The notes beneath the pieces were generated by a model. It was not told the DNA's origin. It saw only the letters and a program-made list of their open reading frames with translations, and did no database searches. A stretch of 64,000 nt of DNA, from positions 1 through 64,000 of the forward strand of contig MU626271.1 in the NCBI GenBank assembly GCA_025603075.1. The letters run 5' to 3'. The DNA comes from Neoconidiobolus thromboides FSU 785 (taxonomy: Eukaryota > Fungi > Entomophthoromycota). Positions 37,052 through 49,736 of the stretch are shown here, in pieces. Made by a program: the position numbers and the translations under genes. Positions within the stretch are counted from its first letter, which is position 1, and every line of letters starts with the position of its first letter.

Positions 37052-38047
37052 TTATTCAAAATTCAAAGTGTTATTGGTAGAATACATGGTGATATTATCT
37101 GGCTGTGATGTGCACTGAAAAGGACATATGTCAGGTTGGATAGAGTAGGATATATTAACTGGTTGTATTATATGCTGAAGAGGACATAGAGTTAGCGATG
37201 TGGAATCACATATAGGAGCTGATTGCGATACAAATTGAATATTACCTGTATTTAATGAGATAGGATTAAATATAGGCACTGGCTGTGGTATATATTGGAT
37301 AGGACAAGTGATATCGGAAATGAATGTCGGTATGTTAATATTCATATTACAGTTGTTAATGTTAAATTCGGTTAAGCCGTTTTGATTTGAATTATTGAAA
37401 AGCATAAAATCATTAAAGTTTGTATTATTTAAGCTATTTACAGTATTAGTATTATTATAATAACCTAGTTGCTCCCCAATAATCTGGTTATCTAATGTAA
37501 TTTCATAGTTTATTGGTACATTACTTTTTAGAATATTAGTTGGTGAATTGCTATTATTTACAGCATCGGAAGTTATACCATCTTGAAATTTAATATTATA
37601 CTTTCTACGAAATTTATTAAACCAATAATTACTCCCTTTGAACTGTTTGATATCTAACTCAATAGCTAATTTTTGTGCTTTATCAACTATCTCAGCTATT
37701 ATTGTATTGTATTTAAAATAAAGATGTTTTTTTTCATTTTTGATCACTTCATCACAAAAACAATCAATAAGCACACTCTCTAGATATTCTAGACTAAGAG
37801 AATATCTTTGTTTTCTTATTTGGTTTATATCTTGTCCAGTTTTATCTATCCTTTCTTGTTTCAACAGTAATTTAGTTATTGTGCTGCGTCCTACTCGATA
37901 TTGGTCTGCCAAATCTTGATGGTAATAGCCTTGTTTATGCAATTCAATAATTTGTTCTTTTTCATCCGAGGTTAGTACTTTACGTACTTTTTTTGTACAT
38001 GAATGAATTATTACTTGTAAATTTGTACTTTCTTGATCTGAGCTCAT
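37052..38047 (-). CDS. CENP-B/pogo-derived tandem-HTH protein without DDE domain (paralog B)
   Basis: KKVRKVLTSDEKEQI...LADQYRVGRSTITKLL and FKGSNYWFNKFRRKY; colinear with 16156-17082. Confidence 0.85.
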   Translation of the reverse strand: MSSDQESTNLQVIIHSCTKKVRKVLTSDEKEQIIELHKQGYYHQDLADQYRVGRSTITKLLLKQERIDKTGQDINQIRKQRYSLSLEYLESVLIDCFCDEVIKNEKKHLYFKYNTIIAEIVDKAQKLAIELDIKQFKGSNYWFNKFRRKYNIKFQDGITSDAVNNSNSPTNILKSNVPINYEITLDNQIIGEQLGYYNNTNTVNSLNNTNFNDFMLFNNSNQNGLTEFNINNCNMNINIPTFISDITCPIQYIPQPVPIFNPISLNTGNIQFVSQSAPICDSTSLTLCPLQHIIQPVNISYSIQPDICPFQCTSQPDNITMYSTNNTLNFE

Positions 38048-39383
38048 TATATTTTGTTTAATTTTATTATTTTGAGTATTGGCTTTTTAAGATTATATAT
38101 ATTATAAAAGTTATAATAGAGTTTTTATCACTTCTAATTTAGAAGTTTAAATTTTGAATTAAGTGACCAGTTATGATTTATAATACATAGCTCAAATAGT
38201 TAGTGCAACTAAACAAAAACCATCTATTTTCACAATGAATGCTTTTTAACGTTTTATTCATCTGCTATAATTGTAAAAGAACTGTATAATATGAGCTTAC
38301 CTAATAAAGTGCCAATGTTACTTAATTTTGATTTCAAATCATTTTTAGTTATACAACAAAAATAGTGAATATACTCTAATTAATTAGTAATTCGTGCTAA
38401 TGAATGGAAGATCCCATCAATATATTATATAATTAATTTTTTTTTTATAGAGGATAATAGTTACAATAAAAGTGTCTAAACTATAATATTATAAAACAAA
38501 GTTAATTTTAGCTCTATTTCAATTTTTGTAATATTGGCGTAATATATTTTTTCATTCTTACAATTAGTATGTAGTATTAATTAATGTTCTTATATGATAT
38601 ATAGAATGTAATATACTTGATAAAAGTAATTTGGAAGCTATTAACTACATCAGATATTAAAGCAGAAACAGTCATTAATATTATGTTTTTTCTGGATTAG
38701 CCAGTAAAGAAGACAGCTTGGTTTATTTAAAACATAAAATTAAAAAGGTAAGTATTAGAGAAAGAAGATAGATTGGAGAGAAGATAGGTTAGAAACAATT
38801 AAATAAATTTGATGCCTTTGCAACTGTAGACTAATTCATGGCCTGCAGTTGTAAAAGCTAATGCGATACATTTGTACTATTCTATTTTTGTTTATTTATA
38901 CATTTTAAATCAAACGTTTTGGGATATTTATTTGATTACAAAGGATAATAAATACAAAAAGCAATTTAATTTAAATAGTAATGAAATAGCCTTTTGTTTT
39001 GTTGAAAAGCAAATGTTCTAAATGTTTTACTTGTAACAATAAAAACTTAAAATACTTAACTAGCTTAAGGGACACGAAAACTACTAGTAGATAAACCTTC
39101 GAGGGGAAAAGATTATATCTAGGGCTTGTCTTCCCTTTGAAGGATTACAGAGATACAATTTGGTATATTGCAATTCCATTTCCCAGAGAGTACTCCACTT
39201 ACTTGTGGTGATGGTGGGGTTAGTTAGAGAAAACCAAGAGGGATTTGGGTCAAACTGTAAAGACACAAAAATTTTATGTATGGCTCAAAAAACAGTGAAG
39301 ATAACGTTATATCTTGAAATTTAGTATTATTAACTTAAATAAATTTGGTTTCATTTCATTGTAGTGAAGTTAAAAATAAGAGT

Positions 39384-39481
39384 GTGGATATTTTTTTTGA
39401 CTTCATTACTTTCTCCATCTTTTAAGCACTATTTGAGTAGAAAAATTGTTAGTAAAATTCTAAACACAAAAATACATCCTC
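39384..39481. mobile_element. MITE family A, copy 11 (reverse)
   Basis: Full core match; TSD not clean. Confidence 0.82.
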
Positions 39482-40242
39482 AGTATTAAAGTATAAATTA
39501 TCTTTAAATTTAATTATCTCTGCATATCCACTAAAAAATATTATTACGTGAATAATTTTAAAGAACTAGATAATATCAAAATAAAAAAGTAGGTAAAAAA
39601 CATTAGGAGAAAAATTTTCTATTTCATTATTTTTTCCATTTTTCAGTAATTTAAAATTAGAGTTTTCTCCCCTTTGAGTTCTCATCTGGGGTCCTTGCTT
39701 ATTGTTTTTTTTTTAAAACAAAAACACAGTGTATTCAGTACTAAACTTTTTAACTACATAATTTCAACGTGGAAACATGGTTATTGTTTTATTATGTATC
39801 CATGTTCTCCAATTTGCTTTTTTCACAATAAACTAAAATCAAAAAAAAGTTAAATCTTGAGTAAATCAATCTAACTTGAAAACTTACTCCTTAATCTGGA
39901 CTTGATAGTCAAATAAAAATATTTTGCTATATAAAGGTGTTTCAAAATGAGTGGCTTTAATGCCAAGCTATATGTTTGTTAGACCACTCTTATATAACTC
40001 AATCGTTATTCTTAATTTAAAACAATAAGCTGGTCTATTTTGTAAGTTGACTCATCAATTTTTATAAAGCATTAAAAAAATTAATAGGAAAATTAATTGG
40101 TAAGTCTTATTGTACTGGCATTCTATAAGCAATTGTATAGCTGCTAAATACTAATTCAAGATATCCAGATTGCTCGAGTCGGAAATAGTTAAGTTTCTGC
40201 CAGAAGCCGTTCTTTTTTCTTATCCATTTTGTCATCTTTTTT

Positions 40243-40339
40243 GTAGACATCTTTTTTGATCAAGAAATTTACTGATAACCTTTCCGCTCAAATAGCGCTT
40301 GAACAATGGAAAAATTGAAGAAACCAAAAAATATTCCCC
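40243..40339. mobile_element. MITE family A, copy 12 (diverged left arm)
   Basis: TTTCCGCTCAAATAGCGCTTG...CCAAAAAATATTCCCC. Confidence 0.65.
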
Positions 40340-40502
40340 ATTTAGTAAAATATCTTCGGAGTTTATTAAAAAAGGTAACAAAATGGGCCAGAAAAAAGAA
40401 CGGCTTTGTAATGGTACTAGAAATACTTTTGGACCAATTTATAAACAGTACAAATAAGGTGTCTTCCTAGCGATATTATGTATAATTTTTCTTGTAATCA
40501 GA

Positions 40503-41460
40503 ATGACCTCAACTAAAAAAATCTTTTTATTAAGTTTAGCTTTTGGTGCTAGTATTTACAACTCCCAAAACATTGCTCTTTTTGAAAGCAACAATGGGGA
40601 TTTACAAACTGTAGAGGATAAGCTATACGCTACTTTTACTGCCAAAGAACCTGTTACAAGGGATGAATGATTTGACTCTTTGCAGATTTACCACTGTTAT
40701 AAAAATGTATTCCTAGTGAAGAATCAGTTGAACCATGTAACATTACTTCTGCTACTATCCAATCTCTTTTTTTTAATTACAAATATACCTTGCTTACTAT
40801 ATGCTTTGAAGAATCAGTACGTAGCAGAAATTGTATCTGTTCTAAAACTTCTTTATATTATTCAGTTATAAGAGATGAAGAAAAAGATCTTTATCCATTA
40901 ACTGGAGTTAATCCGGGTATCGAAATAGTATTGATTTCTTATTTTGGTACCGTTAGTTCGAAAAATTGGGAAATTAATTATGATTGTAAACTTATTTAAT
41001 ATTCCAGTGCTAAAAAGAACGTTTTAGTGCATAGAGGTTTTATGAAGCAATAGTTACTTTACAAAAACAATATCAAAAAACGACCCTCTATCTTCTTAAA
41101 AATCCAAAATGTAAAGATTAGTCAGTTTTTAATTACTGGTATTTCTCTGAACGCTGCTATGGCCAGCGCCAGTTCTCTAAAACGGAAAGGTTTTTTAAAA
41201 GAAAATAATTTAAAAAATCAAATTGAAGCACTTGCTTATGCGAGTCCAAAAGTAATCAGTGAAGGGTTTGCTCAATATATTGCAAATCATGCCCATCTTA
41301 TGGCTCGCCATACTAATACCTATGATTTTTTCGCTCATCTTTCATCAAGAAGCTTTGAATATGTTCATATAAGAGCTGAAATTTATGAATATAAATAATT
41401 GAAAAACTAGATTTATTTATTACAGTTAATCTTTTGATGAAGACCCTAGCTGTGGATAAA
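40503..41460 (+). pseudogene. Secreted class-3 (fungal triacylglycerol) lipase pseudogene
   Basis: Signal peptide MTSTKKIFLLSLAFG; SYFGTVSSKNW; VHRGF; ITGISLNAAMA (GHSLG equivalent); YASPKV; NTYDFFAHL; EDPSC. Stops at 40668 and 40997 plus frameshifts. Confidence 0.8.
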
Positions 41461-42067
41461 CCCAAAAAGGTTTTATAGTATAGCACGTCATGGATGTATA
41501 TCTAATAGGTCTTTAAAAGTATCTCTTTGTTAATTCTGATAAAATATCTTTTTACTTATTGGAACGTTTGAGAAAGTGTAGTTAAAATAATCAAGCTTAT
41601 TACATCATACTTTTTTGTAGTATTTTAATTGTTATCACTATATAACATTGATTTTTAAAGTTTAATTTATTATAACTAAATGTCTTTGTGACAGATGAAG
41701 TATATAATATCAATAGTTCTAAACCATGTTTCACAAAGTAAATTGATATTAGTAGGCTTTTTCAATTATATTTATTTGACCAGTTTTAATAACTATTGAA
41801 TAGAATTTTTTTAGTAAATGATTAAGCTAAAAAAACATGCCCTAATTTTTTTTGAGCTTTATGACACATGACAAATGCACAAATTAATAAAACATTCATA
41901 GTAAATTTTTCAAATTTCAAATTTCAAAAAGTTCAAATTCAGGTTACTAAACTTGGCCATATTAATTTATGAAAATTAAAGTAACCAATAAATAGCTCGC
42001 TAGTCAAAAGCTAAAATGTAAAAGAATTCAGCTCCACATTCAGCTTTTTAATAGCAAAAATTGAAAA

Positions 42068-42641
42068 ATGGTAAGTCAAGTCATCAAACCAGAAGATCAA
42101 AAGAGTAAAGTACAAGAAATATTAAAATTAACGGTGAATTTAAATGACAATGAAAAAAAGGTAAGCACAATTTTTTTAAATTTTACTTGCTTACTCACAC
42201 AACTAATTCTTAGGATCTATTTAAAAAAGGTAATAAAGAACAATTTGACTCAACAGCTTCAATTTCCAATACCGAAACAAGACATTAAAAACTAACATAT
42301 TAATAAACATAATAGAATTCTATGACCCATGTACCTTGAAAGTAAGGGATTTCGGATTCCCAATGGAAGACATTAAACACTGGGGACAAACTGAAGAAAC
42401 TCCAGCCACAGAGGTAGGAGCTGCACCAAGCTCCGATAGTATGGAAAGAGAAAGTAAATTTACAGGAAGAGTGAGAGCTTTATACGACTTCAATGCAGAA
42501 AATCCAACAGAATTAACTTTTAAAAAAGGCGATGAACTTTATGTACATTATCGCCAAACTGAAGGTTGGCTAGTAGGCTTCTATAAAGATGAGAAGTTGG
42601 GACTTATTCCTGAAAATTATGTTGAGTTTTTGGACGAGTGA
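42068..42641 (+). CDS. NBP2: Nbp2-like SH3 adaptor protein
   Basis: KVRDFGF...KHWG motif and C-terminal SH3 (ALYDFNAE...ELTF...GWL...GLIPENYV); inferred 16-nt exon at 42214-42229. Confidence 0.75.
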
Positions 42642-42843
42642 TTGTGGAAGAAGTTGAAGTGAAGGAGGATAATAAGGCTGTTATGATTAAAGTTCTCTTT
42701 GTTTATTGAGTAGAGTTGAGAGAAGTAATAAATTTCATAATTTTTAAATGCTTTATTTTTAAAAAGAGATTGAAATTTAAAAATAGTCAAAATATTAATT
42801 TGAATTAAACTTAAAAAGAAACTTTAATATAAAAAAACTAGAA

Positions 42844-43259
42844 TTAATATACTGCTTTAGCATCTAATGGTAGACCGGTATCCGGATCAATATTGTTTTT
42901 AATCATTAATTCTCTCTGTCGGATTAACCTGGCTTCATCAAAGTCACATTTATATTTTAGCATTATGTTTTTAATTTCATCACTGGATCCTAAACCATCC
43001 CTTAAATCCGTATTATTTTGGTTCAAATCAAAGTTGTTGCTTGTTAAACCATCTCTTATATCTTGAAGAAAAGAACCACTTTCAATCACTTCTATAGGAG
43101 TTGAATTATAATGTTTTCTTATTATTAAAATGGCTAAATAGGATGATAAGTGCTATTGAAATTGAATGAAGGAGGGATAAGTTTACCTGCTAGTATAAAG
43201 GGTGCTAACATCATATAATAATTGATCAATGGCATGTGTTCTTCATGGATCCAACTCAT
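42844..43259 (-). CDS. DUF2015 / UPF0357 family small membrane protein
   Basis: SFLQDIRDGLTSNNFDL...FDEARL...NNIDPDTGLPLD; N-terminal TM exon from ATG 43259. Confidence 0.8.
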
Positions 43260-43948
43260 TTTATTTTTTAAGAATATTTTTTTAATGAGAATAATATAGA
43301 AAACTATAGCTTAAAAGCTTGGCTTAATAAATAGAAAAATAGAAAAATAGTAAAGCTAGTTTGATTGGATGGAGATAAAGTGTAAGTAAAAAACTCAAAG
43401 GACAAAAATATAAAATTATTTACTTATACTATAGGATAGGACTATCTTGTCATAGTTTAAAGGCCTCATAGAATTTGGATTCTAGATCTTTTGGATGTAA
43501 TTGATTTTAAACGATATTAAAGAGATTCATTCTACCCCTTTCATAAGCCTAAGGTATTCACTTTTTTGCTGTCCTTTATGCTTTTGTTACCCATATTTAC
43601 CTTTCTAACAGCATTTCTTACATGTTATTTGTCTTTGCTTCATTCATCAAGTTTTATCTTGTTATCAATAGACAATTCTTTTTAACTAGGAATAAAAAAT
43701 GATAATGACTTATTGAATTTATCTTTATACTTTTCTTATGTTTTTATTTCTCTACTAGTTTAATTATTATTAGCAATCCAGATGCATACAGAGATAATTT
43801 TATTAGAAGCGGTTGTTCATATAAAATTAATCTAGAAAGTGTAGGGGGCCATATTAAAAATGTGTGAATGGAAATAGCCTATGTAAATTATGGATACTGA
43901 CTGTTTAACGAGTTGCTAATTTGAGCCTTTTCTTTGGCACCAAAATAT

Positions 43949-44017
43949 GGGCATGTATTTCTTTGTTTAAATAGCACTTAAAAAACGGGAAAAGCAATGA
44001 AGTCAAAAAACATTGCC
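43949..44017. mobile_element. MITE family A, copy 13 (internal deletion, 69 bp)
   Basis: Both termini present, ATAT on both flanks, about 29 bp of the left interior missing. Confidence 0.8.
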
Positions 44018-45141
44018 ATATGAATTATATAATGAGGTATTTTTAACATATCTATTAATGGCATTTAACACTTGTTTATACTGTTCATTTTATTTTGGAC
44101 TAAATTTAATACCATTTTAAAATAAACAATTTATTAAAATCATAAATACACAATAGTTAGGCAATATTAAATAATACAATAATTTAAAATAATGTAAATA
44201 AAAAATTTAATAATTATAGTATTCTATTTACTATAAATATTTAAAAGTGGAAAATAATTCAGTATTTACGTAAAAATATGATATTAAGGATATATTATAA
44301 TGATACGCTATTTAATTTTTCGATAACTTTACATATACTGTATAAAAGCAGATCAAATCTATACAAGTGCTATTAAAATGGTGGTTACTGGCAAAAAGAT
44401 TAGGTTTTCCTCTAGTATATGATAAACAACGATTGTTAAGTGTATCTATATAGTTTTCAGATACTAGGTAAAATACTCTTATTTTGCTTTACCTTAGATA
44501 TTTAATCAACGTATATTATATTTTAATTAAATTTATTTTTTTAACTTGTTGAGTTTATTTTGAAATGGTTGAGATAATTACATACCTATCGCTTATTGAA
44601 GTATATAAATCCTTTAGGCTCATTCTAAAGATATCGATAACTATATCTCATTTTAGAACCTAAGATTAGGACACTTGTCTTTTTAAATGAATCAAATACT
44701 TGATATTCAAAATTACACTTCCTATAATCATTTTATGTAATGGTAAAAATAAAAAACCAAAAACAGATAAAATTCGTAAAATAATTATTGCCAACAATTG
44801 AAGTAATTTAGAAGATTAAAAAGATAACTTACAGCTTTATTTTTTTTTGTAAATATTTGATTTTTTTTGAGTTTAAAGCTTATTGTTTTGCTAATATATT
44901 GAAATAGCCTTTGTTTTGTTTTCTATACATTTTTTGTTATATAAAAGTTAGATAACTTGTCATTAAAAGAATTTTATAAAAAACATCCTTTAGTATACGT
45001 CTTAATTAGATAACAATTAATAATAATAAAAAACAATAAGGTTAATTGCATACTATATGAAAAATTTGTTTTCAATAAAAGTACTTGTTGCAATAAATGT
45101 ATATTAACTATAATATTATAAATGAAGCTTTTTTATTATAT

Positions 45142-45228
45142 GGGGGAGTTTTTGGTTTCATCATTTTTTAAGCGTTGTTTGGGCAGAAAGATTGTTAGTA
45201 AAATTATTAAATAAAAGAACAAATCCCT
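45142..45228. mobile_element. MITE family A, copy 14 (reverse)
   Basis: Core match; ATAT on both flanks. Confidence 0.78.
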
Positions 45229-46828
45229 ATATGCTATATAAACTTAGTATTATTAACACTAACATACTTTTTATTTAGATTCTAATGTGCTTGTATCTTT
45301 ATAAAGCTATTTATTATATAAATTGCAACTTTTTAATAAAAATTAGTGGCAGAAGTATACAATTGCAACATCAAAATATTTAATATAACAATAATTTATG
45401 TTTACACATCAAAATTTTTAGTGATGTAATAAAAACTTATTAACTAGATATTACAAATAAACTACCATCATTAATAAATCTAAATAATAATTAGTAGTTA
45501 GTAGCATACATTTAAAGTTAAAAATGAAAGTATATGCTAGAATAGGCTGAAACTATAATTGAATTGCACATGCTTTATTCTAATATTTTGATTCGATTAG
45601 AGTTGGTTGAATTTAAGCTTTATTATTGGTTTGTTTAAATGTCAACTAATTATATCAAATAATCAGAACTTTTTGAATCAAAATAAGTAATAAATATAAA
45701 ATACATGATCATTGTATCAATCTTTAAACTTAATTTAAAAGCTTGACTTTAACATCATGTTTTGATTTAATTCACTTTAAGTAGTTACTCCGTAGCTGCT
45801 AAAGTTGAGAATTGATAACTGAAAGGTGTAAAAAGGCCATTTTTTCACTCTTTGTTTCTTCATTATCAGTTTTTTTACAGCAGATAGCTAATAATAATCA
45901 AAAGTACAGTGACATAGCAGTAATGATTACTATGGGTGATTCGCAGTCTAGGCTGTGTGCTGTATCAATTGTGGTTATAAAGTTCTATATTAGCCAAATA
46001 CTTTTGGGCTTGTTATTTCTGGTTCAATGCGAAGCTGATACCGTTAGTGGAATCATTCAAATGATGCCACAATGTGTAGCAAAAAAGCTCGACAATAATG
46101 TGGCTTGCCTGTATGTTGATAAGAGGATTGGTACTAAGGCATCAGTTAGTCTATTTGTTTTTATTCTAATATAAAACCCTTTCCGCTGTTATTATATAAT
46201 AGTAGCATTTAAAATTCTATTGATTTGATAGTTTTATCAAACTATTAGTTATTTATCCAGTCAGCAGTTAATATTACATTATAGCGTCATTCTAACACAT
46301 ACTAATATATATTGATATTAATTCTCAAGTTGTCGCTATCAACAATGCTATTCTATTAATCAGACGGAATCTAATCCGATTCAAATAATTTTTTTAGAGC
46401 TCTTTATAGGTATAATTAGATTTGCATTTATAGAATATAGTTATCCTGTTTATTAAAGTATTGCTTATTATATATATATGATATAATTATTTTAGGTGCT
46501 ACCTTTCATAGACTTGTGAAGATTAGCTTAGAATAGGAGATAGATTCTTGGAGTCTAGAATCTCTTTAAAATCAAGAGTTTAATTTTTTTTATAATATTG
46601 AGGGATAATAAAATATATCAGTATTAGTTAAATTGTAAGGATAAAGTCCTTGCACTTTCTAGCTTCCCCTTGTCTAGTTTACTATCCATCCTTTTTACTT
46701 GGTGTCCGTTTATTGGTTATGCTATCTTTTCCTTTATTGGACATTATTTTTTAAAAACAAAATCAAACTTTTAGTAAACCAAATAAATTGAGCTTTTTTG
46801 ATTAGTAATTAAGTAAATATAAAACTAT

Positions 46829-48070
46829 ATGAATTTACCTGTAGAATTAAAGAGTATCAATCAATTTTTAACAAGATCAAAGGAGGTTAAAGGGAAGTTA
46901 CCCTTGGTATCTTATTATTGTAAGTGATAATCAATTCAATTAACTATTAATTATCATTTAATAATAAAACAATTTTCTGTATTTAGGTTTGTTACATGGG
47001 ATTAATAAGTCAATGGGATTAAATTTAATGCAAGATGATAGTAAACTTTATTTAAGTAATTTAATGGATAGGGCAGAGAAAGTAAGTGAAATATTTTAAA
47101 GTAATAAAAAGTATCAAATGGAATAAAAACTGATGTCAAGTTCAACAGAATCAAATAATTTATTTTTATTAGGAAAAAGAGTTATTATTAAAAAAAGGAT
47201 ATTTAGTCAATGATGATGAAGCTAAATTACAATTACAGAAAGTAATAGATCAAGCGTTTCAAAAAGCAGAGAATGGATTTCATCAAAAAGCTTATGATGC
47301 GTAAGTCGATTTATGTATATGATATCTCTAAAAAAGATTTAATAATAAATTAGTAAAACCTCTATGGCTTATTTAGCTGCTGGTAATTTTTTAGAAATAC
47401 TAATTATTACTTGTGGAGAAAAAGATCCAGAGGTAAGGAACAATCAATAGAAAAACTAGGTTATTTTTTATATAAAATTAACTAATACTTGTTTTAAGCT
47501 AGAAGAAAAGATGACATATTGTAAGTACAAAGCAGTACAAGTGAATAAATTAATGAAAGAAGGTATAAAGAATAAAGGTAAATTGAATTTAATATAAATT
47601 TTTTTAAATGTTTTTATATTTCCACTTATTAATTAGGAGAAGAAGCGTATATTCCACCAAATGAGCATACACCAATCGAGCCACCTAATGAATGGAGCAA
47701 TTTATCACAACAATATCCACCTATTAGTCCAATTACTAAATCGGAAGAAAATGGTTTGGATTCAAACGAACAACAGACTAAGCTTAGCTTTAGTAATGAC
47801 AATAAGGCTTTTAAAGAAATTAATAATGAACAACAAACTCCTAATTTTAATCAACAATCTATAATTAATAATAATAATAGTTATAATAGTTATAATAGAG
47901 ATACGATAGCTAATGAAATTAACTATGATGATATCAATCGAAAACAAGAAGCAGAAACTGAAGGAAAGAAGTTGATTAAAAATGCATTAAGTAGTTTAAC
48001 TTACAATGAACCGGATCATGCTATTGAATTTTTATTAAAAGCGATCGAAGAATTGAAAAAAATGAAATAA
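46829..48070 (+). CDS. VTA1: Vta1 (MVB sorting, Vps4 cofactor)
   Basis: MNLPVELKSINQFLTRSKE...VSYYC (MIT domain) and C-terminal VSL KKLIKNALSSLTYNEPDHAIEFL. Confidence 0.88.
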
Positions 48071-48172
48071 AAATAGTAATAAGTAAATAAATAAAACAAA
48101 TAAATATAATAATAGTAATAATCAAAATAAAAGTAACAAACTTTAAACTTTAAAACTCAATTAATTTAATAA

Positions 48173-49503
48173 TTATTTAATCAGTTTACGAATAGTATCT
48201 AAAAAGGGATCCAAACCTACATAAGTGCCATTAAAGTGTCGATTACCTGAAGTTTCGAATTTTTCTCTTGCATGTAATAAACGTCGATTATTAAATAGTA
48301 CACAAGTATTTTTATTTAATTTAAAATTTAATAAAATTTGATTTTGGGATATTAATTCATCTAATTTACTCATTGCTTTATAAAATAATTGACATTGATT
48401 AATATTGACTAGATCCAGTTTACCCATAAAGGGTGGAGCATAATTGAAATTGGGTGATGAATTAAAGTTATGATTTTCTTCTATAATAGGTCGTTTAAAA
48501 ATCATATGATGACCATCATTATTATATTTGTAAGTTACTAGAGTTTGTTGTAATATATTGTAATATTCTGGGAATTGATGTTTTAAATCAGATAGAATCT
48601 TTAGCCCATCTAAAAATAAACTATTACCTCCAGTAGCTTCATTTTCAAGACAATTTAATAGTTGAATGCCTGGTGGGGATTCAAAATATCTATCATTATA
48701 ATATAAAATTAATATGATATAAACAAAAATAAAAATTGAATAATAATAATAATAATACTTACAATAAATCCATATGAAAATTCAGCTTTAACCCAGTATA
48801 AGCTATATTATTAGGCTTAGTTACACTTTTTACATGCCAATTAGTACCATAAAAAGTACTCATAATAGGTCCTATTTTTTCTCCTATCTTATTCACTATA
48901 TTTTCTCCAGATTCTACATTATTTAATAAGACTATACCATATTTATATAAATTTAAAAGTGGTAATTTAGGGTCTTTGAGGTAGTGTTGATAATCAAATG
49001 TTATGTTTTCTAAATGGATTGTATCATCCCAAATTTTAATAGGAACACTTAATAAGGGTTCCATTTCACCAGTTAAATCCTTCAAATCATAAACAGTTTT
49101 ATGACCTTCTTCAAGCTTTCCCTTTTTTAATTCCTCCTCTACTTCATTTATTAATGAATTTTTTTCCCATAATAATTTTAATTGATTTTGTTCAACTTTC
49201 ATATCTTTTAATTTTAAATCCAAATTAATTTCTCCACTAGAATGTAACTTTTGAGTACTACTTGGATCAATACATTGAGGACAAGTACAATTATCTCGTA
49301 ACCAATAATAATCTAGCTGTTTCACAGCTGCATTGGGGAGTGTTAGTGATATGATTTTGTTTATGTTGTCATGTTTATAAGCTAATAAGAGAATTATTAG
49401 AGGATTAGGTTCTATAAATAAAATTGGTGAAGTTACTTGTATAATTTCGAATTAATTGATAGAAAGAATTGAATCTAGTGAGATGAAGTTGTTTTAATAG
49501 CAT
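48173..49503 (-). CDS. Gamma-butyrobetaine dioxygenase-like Fe/2OG oxygenase (TauD family)
   Basis: WLRDNCTCPQC zinc domain, IAYT...HMDLLY facial-triad motif, FNNRRLLHAR; mitochondrial-type N-terminus. Confidence 0.9.
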
Positions 49504-49736
49504 GATCTTAGAATTGAGACAAATTGAAATACCTTTTTTTGCAGTTCAAATATCGCTTTTATATTATTTATTACGTTATTCAGAACCGAAAATTTTCAAT
49601 TTGTCTACATCATTGGTAAATTGAAGGAAGTTTAGTTCATTGGTAGAATTCCTCAGTGGCTTAGAATAAATTAAAATAGCGTTGTTTTTTAAAAAATTAA
49701 ATTTTATTTTTTTAAATTATAAAAATAAAATCTGAG

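Noticed and set aside
38770-38792. GGAGAGAAG...GGTTAG resembling U6atac, and a 17-bp identity with 35521-35537
   Set aside because: Interrupted match in purine-rich low-complexity DNA; the rest of U6atac is absent.
2178-45228. Reading the 98-bp repeats as a CRISPR array, SINE or tRNA-derived element
   Set aside because: They are dispersed in both orientations with TIRs and TSDs, and have no regular spacers, A/B boxes or poly(A) tail.
46686-46805. CCATCCTTTTTACTTGG resembling the 5' end of U4atac snRNA
   Set aside because: No kink-turn stem-loop and no canonical Sm site at the expected distance; likely a chance match in a pyrimidine tract.
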